This document shows positions 12,230 through 24,062 of a stretch of DNA of 32,000 nt, in pieces; within the stretch, counting starts at the first letter, position 1, and every line of letters begins with the position of its first letter. The notes below the pieces were generated by a model that searched no databases, was not told the origin of the DNA, and worked only from the letters and a program-made list of their open reading frames with translations. Source of the stretch: Mycobacterium leprae TN (lineage in GTDB: Bacteria; Actinomycetota; Actinomycetes; Mycobacteriales; Mycobacteriaceae). A program made the position numbers and the translations under genes. The DNA lies in NCBI RefSeq assembly GCF_000195855.1, contig NC_002677.1, positions 2,400,001-2,432,000 of the forward strand, in the 5' to 3' direction.

Positions 12230-12516
12230 CGAAGTTTCCCCCACCGTTAGGGTCCTTTATCATAGATTGCTTAGGAGTTCAGGCTGTTCGTGGTCAGGAT
12301 CCAGGCCACCGGTTTGACCGGGATACCGCAATCTACAGTCCGCCTGACCAAACCCGGTTTGAGCATACCTCCGGTGATTTGACGCAGCCCCAGATGACTA
12401 GGGCCATAGCGCTTGACACACTGGAACAAAAATCACTGGCCCCGTCAGGACACTCCATATTCAACTAGAACGTGTTTCAGTTCAGTTAGCATCGATCCAA
12501 CGCCCCAGGGGCAGGC

Positions 12517-13652
12517 ATGCACACTGCCATTGGTGACAAACTCGGTATCGAATTTCGAATTTGCTCCTCCACCCACTGCCACAATGTCGTCGCTGTCAGC
12601 AAGGTCGACGGTTTCGTGATGCTTGGGGCGGTCAGTTTCACACTCGAACAACTAAAGTCCGAGCTCAACTGGATTGATGAGCACGTCCGCAACCATCCCC
12701 TACTGGGTCGCGATATCGTCACCCCGAACAAGTAGGAGAGCATGGATTCCCACCTTTCGCCGAATGAACGCTGCGCTCGATGATGTCGCAAGGACATTTG
12801 GATTTTACACGCAAAATGCTCGCAGATCATGGTGTCCCAGTCAAAGATAGTGACAAGGACAGTTTGCAGCTGCTCGGCTGGACCGAGGCGATCGCCATTC
12901 CCCAGGTCGAAAAATGACGTTGCGGCACCCGAAGATGACGATGGTTGCCAACGCGCCCGGTACCCCAACCACCGACATGATCAAGCACATTGACGACTCT
13001 AGTCGCAAAGTAGCCGCATTATGCGGCTTCCCCACGTAGACTCAAAAACACGTCGACATCATCATCGCCTAGAACAGCGAGACGGGTTGGACACTGCGGT
13101 GAAGTGGACTCAAATTGTGCTGTAGCCACAAGTCGTCAAGGAGATCGCTTCAAGATCGATGTTGGCTGCGTGTGGTATCGACAGCCGCCAACAGATCGCT
13201 GCGGACCTGGTCCTGTAGGGCACCTAAGACGCGTGGACGGGCTCACAGTAGCTGATGGTTGGGGAACCCGCGAACACCCTAATCCAGCAAACGGCATAAT
13301 ATAAAAATATATAAAGACCACCAGCTACGACACCGTCAACAGCTGTTCTTTCACCGACAAACCGACTCGGATGCTGCTCAACGACTGGACCGAGGCCTGG
13401 AACACCCGCAGCCGCTCGTGTATTCCACTACCAGTGCATGGTTTCCGATATGGCCGTTAAGACCACGCACAATATACACGAACGAAATCGTCGGCGTGGC
13501 GTTCAAGCCAGTCAGGCAGGTCATCGGACAATTCACCAAGGTGGAGAAGACGACCACAGTCATCACGCGGTGGGTTAAGGAGTACCCGGTAGACTACGAT
13601 GAGGGTGGACGAACTCAATGTCGCCACTGCCGCCGTCTATCAGCTACTCTAA
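12517..13652 (+). pseudogene. Nitronate monooxygenase / 2-nitropropane dioxygenase family pseudogene (Rv1894c-like)
   Basis: MHTAIGDKLGIEFRI...VVAVSKVDGFVMLGAVSFTLEQLKSELNWIDEHV, MDSHLSPNE, DTVAWTGSQ-like segment, IVGVAFKPVRQVIGQFTKVEKTTTVITRWVKEY, VDELNVATAAVYQLL*. Near full-length span with stops and frameshifts. Confidence 0.87.
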
Positions 13653-13868
13653 TTCGTCGTATTCACCTTTGCCGATGAAGATTTCTTTCGCCTTGTCGAC
13701 CGCGTGAGTGGCGATGTCAATAGAGTTCTGGACGATATCGTTGGCGCCACCCGCGATGTCACCTTTGATGATGTCACTAACGTTTTCGACAATGTCCGAA
13801 GCCTTCTCGACGAAATTAGTCGCAATGTCCCTGGCCGCGTTGACTGCGTTTTTAGGATCGAAGGTCAT
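13644..13868 (-). CDS. Conserved small hypothetical protein (Rv1893-like), 74 aa
   Basis: MTFDPKNAVNAARDIATNFVEKASDIVENVSDIIKGDIAGGANDIVQNSIDIATHAVDKAKEIFIGKGEYDELE, with a Shine-Dalgarno-like AAAGGAG upstream. The ORF track extends further but the M at 13868 is the likely start. Confidence 0.8.
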   Translation of the reverse strand: MTFDPKNAVNAARDIATNFVEKASDIVENVSDIIKGDIAGGANDIVQNSIDIATHAVDKAKEIFIGKGEYDELE

Positions 13869-14039
13869 CTGCGTCTCCTTTGGCTGCAAGATCTTCGGTA
13901 CGACTGTAGCTTTGGCAAAGACCTGGGTTTTTCGGCGCGGTCCGGAGCTGACATCAGTGGGTTTGCTAGGTTGCGCCAGTATTTTTCCGGCATACTCGGC
14001 ACCGTAGCGCAAGATTTGCAATATTTGTTTCAGCCCGAA

Positions 14040-14260
14040 CGGCCATGGCGATTCCAAGTAAACTCGACCATAACCCTGCCAGCCCAATGACTCCCCACAA
14101 CGTGGCTGTGACGATCGGTCATGGGGACAACACGGCAAGCATCGACACGAAGAAGATGGCCCCGACATACCACGCCAAACTAGATCAATCAGACACCAGC
14201 ACAAAGCGCAGCCATCTCGGGATCGGTGAACCGTTGCGCATATCTCCAAAAATAGGCTGG
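14040..14260 (-). pseudogene. Small membrane protein pseudogene (Rv1892-like)
   Basis: Minus-strand translation gives SSLAWYVGAIFFVSMLAVLSP*PIVTATLWGVIGLAGLW, a hydrophobic helical pattern interrupted by stops, between the Rv1893-like and Rv1891-like genes. Confidence 0.5.
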
Positions 14261-14263
14261 TCG

Positions 14264-14668
14264 TTAGCCTGCAGGCGGAAAAAACCCTTTGTCGGTGAAC
14301 CAGCCCGGTTGCCACCCTTGACCACCCAGACAGAGCATGGGCAGACCGTCAGCTGACTGTGCCGCTGCTTGGGTCTTCGGGCACGGCGCTCCAGCTTGCT
14401 GGACTCCGTATAACGGGTATGAAATCACCCAGTATCCGGTGTTTGCTGGCGGGAACTGGTTGGGAGGAGGGAAATGACACGCTTCGGCCTGGCCGCTGGG
14501 GCCTCGTCCAAAAATATATCGCTCCCAGCTAAAACACGGAGCGCTCAGCGAAGCATCATAACTCATGCCCGGTACGTCGCCATCGTAATGCGGATTAGCC
14601 GCCGCGCGCGGCGCCGAATTGACCGCGCCACTCGCGATCGCAGAGATGGCGAGTAGTTCGCGAATCAT
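14264..14668 (-). CDS. Secreted/exported hypothetical protein (Rv1891-like)
   Basis: Open 134-aa ORF from MIRELLAISAIASGAVNSAPRAAANPHYDGDVPGM, signal-peptide-like start, Cys and Pro rich (APCFSWERYIFGRGPSGQAEACHFPPPNQFPP). Confidence 0.78.
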   Translation of the reverse strand: MIRELLAISAIASGAVNSAPRAAANPHYDGDVPGMSYDASLSAPCFSWERYIFGRGPSGQAEACHFPPPNQFPPANTGYWVISYPLYGVQQAGAPCPKTQAAAQSADGLPMLCLGGQGWQPGWFTDKGFFPPAG

Positions 14669-15139
14669 GCTTCCACCCTTCGCACTAATGTCACCTGACC
14701 CCCACCAAGCCGGCGGTGGCGTGCACCAAGCATATCGAGTGCGCCGCACACCACAAGACCGACTTGTAGAACCGGGTCACCGGCACAACGACGTCGGTAG
14801 GCGGGGTGGTGCTGTTAACTAGCTTTTCTATGCATACGGAGAATACGGACGACGTACCCAAAAATCACCGGCAACGCTTGTCATTTGCTTTGGTAGTCTT
14901 GCTCTGATGCTTGCCAGCCGGGTATAACAATAGATTTATTGGCATAAGAATTGTTCTATCGATAAGTGGGCTATACTATCAACCCAAGTAATCCACCCAA
15001 CCAATTCCTCAACTTAATCTCCCGGATTCGATTTTCCTGACCCAGAAATCTACACCGAACAGCTGTCGGTGTAGGAACCCGCCGAGATGTGCCAAGCCGA
15101 AACGATTTAATGAAACGAGCAGCCAATCGGAAGGAGCGG

Positions 15140-16225
15140 GTTTTATGACGATGATTATTGACGTGGTGTCCAAGCACAAGGACGTTTCACTGTCACAGCG
15201 GCACCTTCTCCAACCTGGAAAAGACCGCCCTGGCCTGCTACCAAGAAGGCATGAACGACGAGCAAATCAGCAGGGGCAAGTTGGTTCTGCTCAACATAGA
15301 CGCCTCGCAGTACACTCGGCTGCACAAAATCATCTCGCCCGGTTTCATTCCCTGAGCCGCTGAGCAACTGCGTGATGACCTGACTCGAGTGGGCCTGCCG
15401 CATCGTCGCGGCTACGGCATCTGTAGAGTTCCGGCGACTTCGTTGAACATGTGTCTTGCGAATTGTCACGGCAAGCCGCAATCGCCGGCCTGCCGAGTGG
15501 TACCCCAGGAAGACTGCAAGAAACTATTCCATTGGTCAAACCAGACAGTTGGTGCCCAGGATCCCAAGTTCGCCACGAATGACCCCATGGTCACATCGGT
15601 GAAATTGATTATGTAAGCGATGCAGATCGCCGCCGATAGGGCCAAGCCTCTCGGTCAGGTCATCGTGACCAACCTGGTTGAGGCCGATATCGAGGGCCAC
15701 AAGCTCTCCAAAGACGAGTTTGGCTCCTTTCAGTCATTATGCTGACGGCGGCCGGTAAAGAGAACACCAGAAATTGCATCATGCAGAGCATGATGCAATT
15801 TACCAACTTCCCTGATTAGTGGGAGCTGTACAAGCAAGAAAGCCCCCGGCACCACGGCCGACAAGATCATCCGACAGGCCACCCTGGTCATGTCTTTCCA
15901 GCGAACGGTGCTAAAGTAGTACGAGTTATCCAGCGTATCGATCAAGAAGGGCCAGCGAGTGGTTGTGATTTACCGCTCAGCCAACTTCGATGAGAAAGTG
16001 TTGACGATCCGTTTGCCTTGTAGCATCATGCGTAATCCCACCCCCACGCGGGATTTAATGACACCAACGTGCATTACTGCATCGGGATCAACCTAGCACG
16101 TATGACCATTGACCGGATGTTCCATGCGATCGCCGAGTCCATGCCGAATCTGTAATCGACCGGCAAACCCAAGTAGCTGCGGTCGGGCTGGCTCAATGGG
16201 GTCAAGCATTGGCAAGTCGACTAAA
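15140..16225 (+). pseudogene. Cytochrome P450 pseudogene, CYP125-like
   Basis: VVSKHKDV..., GMNDEQISRGKLVLLNIDASQYTRLHKIISPGFIP*AAEQLRDDLTRV, QAIAG..G, AAGKENTRNCIMQSMMQFTNFPD*WELYK, NPHPHVG.../GIG(A)HY-like remnant and LRSGWLNGVKHWQV-like terminus, distributed over frames. Confidence 0.8.
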
Positions 16226-16329
16226 CCATAGCCAAGATTAAACTATAATACCCTGTAGCCCATTAGGACATAGACTTAAACAGGCGAGTTGATGGCTAAC
16301 TCTAAGGCTGTCCACATACAGACTGCTAG

Positions 16330-17235
16330 CGCGCCCTTGCGGTTGGCCTGATGTCGAAATGCTGTCACCGGGTCGAGACGAAGTTCAGCTAACTGTCTCG
16401 GTGTGTAGCATCTGTGTCCGTTAACCACCGGGAACGAAATCGCTTTAACCATAGAAGAATTCGACGATGTGGTAGAAGATTTCACGGTTGGCGACCACGT
16501 CACTGTCGACTGGCTCGGAGGACACTGCAACCACTGCCCCCCCTACCGCAAAGACATTTGCATCTGCTATGCGAACATAAAGATACCTAGCTGGCATGAA
16601 CCCGGCGGATATGCGGAGTCGGTGACAGTACCCGCCAATGCGCTGGCTCGGATCCCGACCAAACGATCCTTTGTCGAAGCCACTCCGATGGGCTACTCCG
16701 GCCTTCACCACTTGCTACGCGCTGCGCAAGACCAAAGCATTGACCGGTTGGCCGGGTTATAATACTTAACGTTGGTGTACTCGACCATCTTGGTGTGCAG
16801 TTTGCCCGGGCAATGGGCTCGAGACCATTGCGGTCGCTCGCGACGCTGACAAAGCTGTGGAGGCTAGGAAACTGGGCACGCATAAACTACATCGACTCCA
16901 CCATTACGACGTCGCCGAAGCCATGCGCACCTTGGCGAAGCAGCGGTAATTCTGAACGTTGGGCACTGCCGGTAATTCCATGGCAATAACAGACACAATC
17001 GGCGACTTACTACCCCAAGACGAACTCGTCGCCATCGATGTCACAATGTACCCGCTGCCGATCAGTCCCGTGTAGCTGATCATGCCGGAGCTCAGCGTTA
17101 CCGGCCATCCCTCCTGAACGGCGCGCGATGTCAAAGCGGCCATGAATTTCGCCGTCGTGTCGGGCATGGAATTAAAGTTTCGTGCGATACCAAACACAGT
17201 CCGGTCTGTGACCCACAGAGTTAACGGTGTAATGT
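16330..17235 (+). pseudogene. Zinc-type alcohol dehydrogenase pseudogene
   Basis: VVEDFTVGDHVTVDWLGGHCNHCPPYRK...CANIKIPSWHEPGGYAESVTVPANALARIP...FVEATPMGYSG, QFARAMGS, HYIDST, LVAIDV/LIMPELSVTGHPS*TARDVKAAMNFAV. Structural-zinc Cys motif GHCNHCPP.RK visible. Confidence 0.88.
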
Positions 17236-17240
17236 AAATT

Positions 17241-17775
17241 ATGGACGCATCCGACGGTGATTGCTAGTTTGGACCTGCGTCACCGGAAAAGTTGCGCAGC
17301 TGGGTCATAGTCTCACCATTGCGATGACGCGCTGGCGGGTCACGGTAGACTGGACCAGTGCCAAACCGGTAGCCGCGGAACTTACGGTCGAAACGAATTC
17401 GTTCGAGATGCTGCACAGCGCAGGGTGGGGTCAAAAGGCTGTCTGGGCCGGCAAAAGCTCCGGTTCGGGCAAACCGCTGAGGTCACTGAACGCCGGCCGC
17501 TTTCCCCAGATCCGCTTTGTTGCTGACCACTAGCGACAAGATTGTCAAGATCGGCAACAGCTACCGTCTCACCGGGAGACTGTATGTGCGGGAGAAATAG
17601 CGGGAGCACGTAACCGATTTGCGCACAGAAGAGCTCGGCAACTCATAACGAATGTTCTCCCAGTCCACGGTTCGCCAATCCGACCATAGCATCAAGCCCG
17701 ATTCGTTATTAATGAGCTCAATACAGATAGCTGAGGAATTGACGGTATGCTTTGCCGCCGTTCGAGTCTGTACTC
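17241..17775 (+). pseudogene. YceI-family protein pseudogene
   Basis: VTGKVAQLGHSLTIAMTRWRVTVDWTSAKPVAAELTVETNSFEMLH...LRSLNAGRFPQIRFVADH, YRLTG, TVRQSDHSIKPDSLLMSSIQIAEELTVCFAA. Confidence 0.82.
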
Positions 17776-17928
17776 AGACTTACAGGTTTTTGTCGGGTCG
17801 TCTGTCGCTTGATCGCGGTAAACTACCGGGGATGTGCTTAAGAACTCTCGTTATGTACGGTGGCTGACCATTTGGATCCAGTTCGGGATCACACAGTAAC
17901 GCGCTTTGCTGTTCCAGCAGCGCAGTGG

Positions 17929-17968
17929 GTTCTGTTCCCGATTCAACGGTTCTGTTCCCGATTCAACG
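17929..17968 (+). repeat. Perfect 20-bp tandem duplication (GTTCTGTTCCCGATTCAACG x2)
   Basis: Read directly: copies at 17929-17948 and 17949-17968. Confidence 0.96.
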
Positions 17969-18463
17969 GAGGCGAGGCTGATCAACGGCTGCACCTATGA
18001 CACGGATTGATGTGCTGGACGCCACCGCCTGGCGAACGCTGGTATGGCAGACACAGCAGCTTCTGCAATCTGTGGCAGCGACTTAACGCATCGCGCGTGC
18101 TTAGGTGCAGTGGAATTCGCACCCGAAGCCAGCTGGCAAGCCCACTGCTAGTGTACAGCAAAGTTACGTAAAATAACCGCGGCGGCGGCCAAAGCGGTAA
18201 CAGCCCCGGCGTAAGACAACCGCTGAGGCCGTGCCGGCATGGTGGGTTAGCTGGTGGATGCCACCAGCCGCTCGTCGGTGAACTCGATGCTCTGAACCGC
18301 CGCCAGAGCGGCACCTCGTGCGATCGTAACCTGCGCCATGGTCCGCGGAAAAACCGGCACCAGCAAAGCTTTTTCGAGTTGCCATGACAATCCATCAAAG
18401 CCGATATGTGCGCCTACACGTTCGACGCAAATGGGCCCACATCGAACAAGAATCCGCTGGTAG

Positions 18464-19603
<1,140 letters not shown>

Positions 19604-19919
19604 CCTGGCCCTGTCTGTTGGTCCTTGCACCGATCGCCCGCCCAACTAGTCGCCCGGAATTTACCCGTGATATCAATCCATCCGGTTGTGTTGTTGGCAT
19701 GGCGCTGGTTGTTCATGCTCCGACACTGGACTGTAGAGACGTACCACTCACACGTTCGGATCATTGCTCGCGTTTGCCGTTAATGTCGGCGCGACTGCAG
19801 TGTCTACATATCCGTATGTCAGTCAAGCTAGCTCTCCTACAACGGATCCTGCACGGTCCCGGGTCACGCTCAACAGAGTTTGGCCATCCGGGCCAGAATC
19901 ACAATCACAAGGAGCCAAC

Positions 19920-20545
19920 GATACTGATGGGCAGCACTAGTAATCGCATTTACCGAGATCGACGCTGCGCCGTTTGGGCCACTTCGCCCGAAGTGCTTGG
20001 GCACGCTGGCCGTGCTAGTCGTAACGCTGATTGCCAACTCACCGCAGGCGAGCACCGGTGGCGGTAACCTGCTGATCGAATTGACCGACGGCGCCGCACA
20101 GCGGTTGGTGGTCGCCGAGCCGGCCGGCCACCTTGAAATGGATCAAGCACGGCGACATTGAAGATCCAAGCCACGTCCAGCAAGTACTCGCCAAAATGCG
20201 CGGCGAAGACGTGACTGCCAGCGATCCGGAGTACATTGCACGGACCTTCGGTGACCAGATCAACGCTACCAAGGCCGTCGAATACAGCCGGTGATGGATT
20301 GAGAAGTTCAATCCATCCAGTGCGCCAACCACGTCACCGGAGCCTTCAACGTCGCGATCGTTGATCGATGTTTTCAACGAAACGAATACCGACCCAGATA
20401 GCGCTCAACTGGTACTTGCTGTATTCGCCAGCATGCGTCATCCAACTCGATGCCGCTCGAAACGACGTCATCCGGAATAGCCAACTCGCCGGCCTCTATC
20501 AGCAAACCCTCTCGTTGGCGACTCAGTCGCATTGTTAGGGCTCCC
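19920..20545 (+). pseudogene. Secreted (periplasmic AroQ-type) chorismate mutase pseudogene, Rv1885c-like
   Basis: Fragments DYIARTFGDQINATKAVEYSR-like (GPSVTRSTLPRPSNT in a shifted frame) and IALNWYLLYSPACVIQLDAARNDVIRNSQLAGLYQQTLSLATQSHC. Position between fbpB and rpfC matches Rv1885c. Confidence 0.78.
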
Positions 20546-20649
20546 CGCTGACCTGATGCACGGGCCACCTCTCGTTGAGCTGCTTACGGTGCCGATCCCG
20601 GTTCGATATATAAGCTATCTCACAAGCTTTGCAAAGGGGTAACGTTTTG

Positions 20650-21120
20650 GACATGCCGGGAGAAATGCTGGACGTGAGAAAACTTTGTAAGCTGTTCGTG
20701 AAGTCCGCCGTGGTCAGCGGGATAGTTACGGCGTCGATGGCACTATCCACATCCACTGGTATGGCGAACGCCGTTCCTAGGGAACCTAACTGGGATGCGG
20801 TCGCGCAGTGCGAGTCCGGCAGAAACTGGCGAGCTAACACCGGAAACGGCTTTTACGGTGGACTGCAATTTAAGCCAACCATCTGGGCCCGATACGGCGG
20901 TGTCGGCAATCCTGCCGGCGCGTCCAGAGAGCAACAAATCACGGTGGCCAACCGAGTTTTAGCTGATCAAGGGCTAGACGCATGGCCGAAATGCGGTGCC
21001 GCCTCTGACCTGCCGATCACGCTGTGGTCGCATCCCGCACAGGGCGTGAAGCAGATCATCAACGACATCATCCAAATGGGCGATACCACACTAGCGGCGA
21101 TCGCTCTCAACGGCCTATGA
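20650..21120 (+). CDS. rpfC: Resuscitation-promoting factor RpfC
   Basis: Signal peptide then [71 protein letters not shown], the classic Rpf domain. Confidence 0.97.
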   Translation, partial: DMPGEMLDVRKLCKLFVKSAVVSGIVTASMALSTSTGMANAVPREPNWDAVAQCESGRNWRANTGNGFYGGLQFKPTIWARYGGVGNPAGASREQQITVANRVLADQGLDAWPKCGAASDLPITLWSHPAQGVKQIINDIIQMGDTTLAAIALNGL

Positions 21121-21150
21121 ACGAACAGAAAACTGTGTTTAGATCAAGCC

Positions 21151-21606
21151 ATGGAAGGTTCGGTGACCGTTCATATGGCGGCACCCGCGGACAAGGTCTG
21201 GAATCTAATCGCGGACGTCCGCAACACCGGACGGTTCTCTCCGGAGACTTTTGAGGCCGAGTGGCTGGACGATGTGACTGGCCCAGCCCTCAACGCCAAA
21301 TTCCGTGGTCATGTTCGACGAAATGAAATCGGACCCGTGTATTGGACAACATGCAAGGTGACCGCGTGCGAACCCGGCCGTGAGTTCGGCTTCACGGTCC
21401 TGTTGGGCAACAAACCGGTAAACAATTGGCACTACCGATTGGTGACGTCTGGCGATGGCACATACGTGACCGAGTCATTTCGGTTCAACCGTTCGCCACT
21501 GCTCACCGTGTATTGGTTGCTTGGCGGTTTTCTGCGGAAGCGCCGCAACATCCGTGATATGACCAAGACGCTGCGGCGCATCAAAGACGTGGTCGAGGCG
21601 GAGTGA
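21151..21606 (+). CDS. SRPBCC / polyketide cyclase-like protein (Rv1883c-like)
   Basis: Intact 151-aa ORF MEGSVTVHMAAPADKVWNLIADVRNTGRFSPETFEAEWLDD...GARFRGHVRRN-like, directly downstream of rpfC. Confidence 0.92.
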   Translation: MEGSVTVHMAAPADKVWNLIADVRNTGRFSPETFEAEWLDDVTGPALNAKFRGHVRRNEIGPVYWTTCKVTACEPGREFGFTVLLGNKPVNNWHYRLVTSGDGTYVTESFRFNRSPLLTVYWLLGGFLRKRRNIRDMTKTLRRIKDVVEAE

Positions 21607-21789
21607 CGGTCCGTCCGACAGCAAGTAGCGTCCGCTGGATCGACCAGCTCGAGGCTCTAGCCCGGAATTGGTGCATAACCGTATTGCCACGTCCGTACCT
21701 ACGCTTATGCCAAATGCCAAAAAGGCCGTAATGTGTCGGAATTGAGACGAGCTGGTGCAGAACTAATAGTCCAGAGTAGTCGAGGTACT

Positions 21790-22205
21790 TGTGGTTATCA
21801 TCGCCCTCGCCTTGGCGTGCGCGGAATCCCCCTCCCCCGACGAGCTACACAACTGACCATCGACGACAACGTTCATTCGACGCATTCCGTTGCATGCAGC
21901 TAAAGCCATCCTAGCGGACGATCAATATCCGCGAAAGCAGCAGCCAAGTCAAAGCCGTAGAGCTTGTTCAGTGCCGGCAAGGCAACTTCCTCAATAGGTC
22001 AAGATCCGCAACGTCGACGGATTCACTGGCAGCTTCTGGGCAGACGGAGTGGGAGACGCAAACGCCGAGGGTTGCCAAACACGTACATTATCACCCGCTA
22101 GTGCCTCCGACATCAACAGCAGTGATCTCAACAAAGTCGTAACCACAGAGTTCAAGATCACCTGCTGTAGCGCTGAGCCCGCCACATTCTTGCTGCTGCC
22201 ACCCT
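21790..22205 (+). pseudogene. lppE: Possible lipoprotein LppE / LpqH-type pseudogene
   Basis: VKIRNVDGFTGSFWADGVGDANAEG...NKVVTTEFKITCC in the position expected between Rv1883c and cyp140. Upstream part heavily degraded. Confidence 0.45.
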
Positions 22206-22751
22206 GACTGGGGCTGTCAGGGTGGGCCAATTGGCGCGCCAACAAAGCGGCACCGGCCACACTCAAAGCCGCTTTGAGAACGACGATTCCGTTTGTCGAC
22301 TCATCCCACACTCACAGCAGGTTCGGCTTCCGTAGGCAAGATTGACTTCAACAAACGCAACCTTAGCGGCTTGATCCTTATAACTCAAAAACCGGCCTAG
22401 TTGCGCGAATGCCTAAAAAAGCACCTCAGCTCGTTTGGGGCGTACCCGAGCCCGGAGCCCCGTCAGGTCTTCAACGGCAATACTGCGCCTGGTGGGTTGA
22501 GCCTCGGCCACGATACGTTGGGCAATCTGGTGGTTGACAATCGGCAGCGAACCACTGCTTACTTGCGACGACGTTTGTTTAACAGTAACCACGCCGGCGG
22601 AGAGGTAGAACCACCCAGACAAAAACTCAAGAGCGGCCAGCTAACGCGGGCCGAGCAGACGGGATCGGCTTCTTCCCGACCGCAAATGGTCGGGATTCCA
22701 CTGAAGAAAGCTGGTGAATTAGCATCTGTAGTCCGGCCGACTGATGGAGGA

Positions 22752-24062
22752 TCTGTACGGCAGCGTTTGCACTGGTTCGCACAATATGGATTCATCCGCG
22801 GTATCGCGGCAACTCACCACCCGGCGAAGTGACCCGTTGGCCCGCTTGGATATCGCTCTGGCCATCAAGGCGAATCCCGTGCCCTTACTGCCACAAACCG
22901 CGTCCCCGACGCCCGTTAGTGCAGAGCCGCATCAGCTATTTGACCGCCAACCGTGCAATCACACATGAACTGCTGCAATCAGAGGACTTCCACGTGTTCT
23001 GGCTTAACGTAACCTTGCCGGCGCCGTCGCACTGGCTATAGAACCAGCAGCCAATACAATTTGTTGCATCCGTTGCTGGCTATTCAATGAGCCTATCACA
23101 TCCACTACCGCAAGACGGTATCGCCGCTGTTCGCGCCCAAGGCAGTCGCCACGTTACGGGATCGGATCGAGCAGACCACATTAGCCCTATTGGATCAACT
23201 CGCCCACCAACATGACGTCGTTGACGTGGTCAACCGGTATTGTTCGCAGCTTCCGGTCGCGGTGATCAGCGATATTTTAGGGTACCCGATCGCGACCGAA
23301 GCCACATTCTTAAGTTCGGCGAACTGGTCGCACCCAGCTTGGACGTTGAACTGACATAGCAATAGTACCAGCAGGCATAACGAGAGGTAGCGGGTTTCAA
23401 CTTTTGGCTCTCAAACACTTACCGCAGTTGCAACGTACCCCAGGCGATAATCTGGTACGTCACCTGAGTCACTAGGAAGACAACAAACCTACCGAAATAT
23501 CTCTCAGCAAAAGCAAACTTCAGGCAATCTCCGGGGCTGGTGTTGGCTACCGGGGGTGAAACCACGGTGAACCTGCTAGGCAGGGGTATTATTCGTAATA
23601 TTATTGCTGGATACACCTGAGCATATGGTGATGCTACAGGCGTGCCCCGAGCCGGGGCACAAACGCGGTTAAGAGATCCTGCGGCTCGATTCGCCGATTC
23701 AGATGGCCGCTCGGGTAGCGCGCAAGGACGTCGACCTAGCAGGTAGCACGATCAAGCGCAGCCAGGTAGTGGTGCTTTATTTTGGCCGCAGCCAACCAGG
23801 ACCCGTCCGTCTTTGCCGATCCAGATAGGTTCAACATCGAACGCCTCAATGCGGGAAGGAATCTCGCATTTTCCGGTGACAGGAATTTTGTTTGGAAAAT
23901 GCTCTTACCCGCGCCTACAATGCAGTGGGGCTGCGAGCCTTCTTCGACCACTTACCGTAGACGCGGGCAGCTGGTACCAGAAGTAGGCTGGACACGCGGG
24001 TGCTGAGAGGTTGGTCGACACTGCCGATAGCGTTGGGACCGACACGGTCGATGGTATCTTAA
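22752..24062 (+). pseudogene. cyp140: Cytochrome P450 CYP140 pseudogene
   Basis: RLHWFAQYGFIRGIAA, NRAITHELLQSEDFHVFWLNVTLPAPSHWL, LALLDQLAHQHDVVDVVNRYCSQLPVAVISDILG, LAAANQDPSVFADPDRFNIERLNAGRNLAFSGDR.F, RRSTRVLRGWSTLPI. Multiple frameshifts. Confidence 0.92.

Noticed and set aside
13286-13320. AT tract CATAATATAAAAATATATAAAGACC as a possible promoter or insertion
   Set aside because: It falls within the nitronate monooxygenase pseudogene at a position consistent with the gene's own sequence (QQTAY.K...), so composition drift after inactivation is the simpler reading.
22401-22832. 143-aa plus-strand ORF as a novel gene upstream of cyp140
   Set aside because: Its last segment (RLHWFAQYGFIRGIAATHHPAK) is the start of the cyp140 pseudogene, and the remainder has no family signature or plausible start context. 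Most likely a chance open frame over decayed sequence.
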